From assembly GCF_003334385.1 (NCBI RefSeq), contig NZ_QOWN01000167.1: a stretch of DNA of 548 nt. One strand, given 5' to 3'. Shown one piece after another: positions 1 through 548 of the stretch. Origin of the DNA: Escherichia coli. GTDB taxonomy: Bacteria; Pseudomonadota; Gammaproteobacteria; Enterobacterales; Enterobacteriaceae. The notes beneath the pieces were generated by a model. It worked only from the letters and a program-made list of their open reading frames with translations. It was not told the origin of the DNA and made no database searches. Position 1 is the stretch's first letter. Every line of letters starts with the position of its first letter. The translations under genes were made by a program, and so were the position numbers.

Positions 1-60
1 TGTGCAGCCATTTTGTCCGCAGCCATCTGTCTGGCCGTATCCGGTGCGCCTGCATGGGCG
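1..60 (+). other. Signal peptide coding segment (partial; N-terminal charged region lies upstream of the window), with predicted signal peptidase I cleavage after A-W-A, so the mature protein starts at the Ser codon at 61..63
   Basis: A hydrophobic core ([14 protein letters not shown]) is followed by a helix-breaking Pro and an A-x-A motif (APAWA) at codons 46..60, then a polar mature N-terminus (SEQQ). This is the standard Sec signal-peptide architecture for outer-membrane proteins. Confidence 0.8.
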
Positions 61-548
61 TCTGAGCAGCAGGCCACACTGAGCGCAGGGTATCTTCATG
101 CCCGTACGAACGCTCCCGGCAGCGATGATCTGAACGGGATTAACGTGAAATACCGTTATGAGTTTACGGACACGCTGGGGCTGATTACGTCATTCAGTTA
201 TGCCAACGCTGAAGATGAGCAAAAAACGCATTACAGCGATACCCGCTGGCATGAAGATTCCGTGCGTAACCGCTGGTTCAGCGTGATGGCGGGGCCGTCT
301 GTGCGCGTGAATGAATGGTTCAGCGCGTATGCGATGGCGGGTATGGCTTACAGCCGTGTTTCGACTTTCTCCGGAGATTATATCCGCGTAACTGACAACA
401 AGGGGAAAACGCACGACGTGCTGACCGGAAGTGATGACGGTCGCCACAGCAACACGTCTCTGGCGTGGGGGGCTGGCGTGCAGTTTAACCCGACCGAATC
501 CGTGGCCATTGATATTGCTTATGAAGGCTCCGGCAGTGGTGACTGGCG
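1..548 (+). CDS. lom: Lom/Ail/PagC-family outer-membrane beta-barrel protein (lambda Lom-like), partial at both ends; the start codon lies just upstream of the window and the stop roughly 15-20 codons downstream
   Basis: Frame 1 is open across the entire window (about 182 codons, no stop). The translation begins with a hydrophobic signal peptide ([19 protein letters not shown]) and continues with motifs I recognise from lambda Lom and the Ail/PagC family ([68 protein letters not shown]). Aromatic and hydrophobic residues alternate in a way typical of amphipathic beta-strands. Codon usage is enterobacterial. The supplied ORF track missed it because the ORF is truncated at both window edges. 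Confidence 0.93.

Noticed and set aside
1-12. Possible translation start within the window
   Set aside because: There is no ATG, GTG or TTG with an upstream Shine-Dalgarno sequence at the 5' edge. The window opens already inside the signal-peptide hydrophobic core, so the true start (expected to encode a short basic N-terminus) must be a few codons upstream of position 1.
221-226. A6 homopolymer tract (gag-caa-aaa-acg) as a possible programmed frameshift or phase-variation site
   Set aside because: It is short, has no adjacent slippery heptamer plus downstream structure, and the frame stays open through it. It is simply the E-Q-K-T codons.
190-447. The 85-aa minus-strand ORF from the supplied six-frame track
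   Set aside because: It lies entirely inside, and antisense to, a strongly supported Lom-family CDS on the + strand. Its translation is rich in Arg, His and Pro and has no recognisable motif, as expected when reading the reverse complement of a coding sequence. No ribosome-binding site is visible to support it. I treat it as a shadow ORF.
468-473. G6 homopolymer tract inside the CDS as a possible slipped-strand phase-variation switch
   Set aside because: A 6-nt run is too short for efficient slipped-strand mispairing, and it arises naturally from the W-G codons (tgg-ggg-gct) in a conserved motif. There is no evidence of a contingency locus.
1-548. The possibility that the window contains a novel or previously undescribed system (defence system, toxin-antitoxin, CRISPR, regulatory RNA)
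   Set aside because: The entire window is occupied by one well-characterised gene family member. There is no intergenic space, no repeat architecture, no second gene and no unusual compositional shift that would support such a claim.

Overview
The whole window is the interior of a single + strand coding region in frame 1 (codons starting at position 1), with no stop codon across about 182 codons and open at both ends. The translation ([20 protein letters not shown]|[162 protein letters not shown]) is recognisably an outer-membrane protein of the Lom/Ail/PagC/Rck/OmpX family, and from memory it is closest to bacteriophage lambda Lom. It has an N-terminal Sec signal peptide ending in an A-W-A cleavage motif. 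The only ORF on the supplied track (190..447, minus strand) is an antisense artefact inside this gene. I see no RNA gene, CRISPR array, repeat or mobile-element boundary, and no evidence of a novel system: this is a known prophage-borne accessory ('moron') gene, most likely in the tail-gene region of a lambdoid prophage in an enterobacterial genome.
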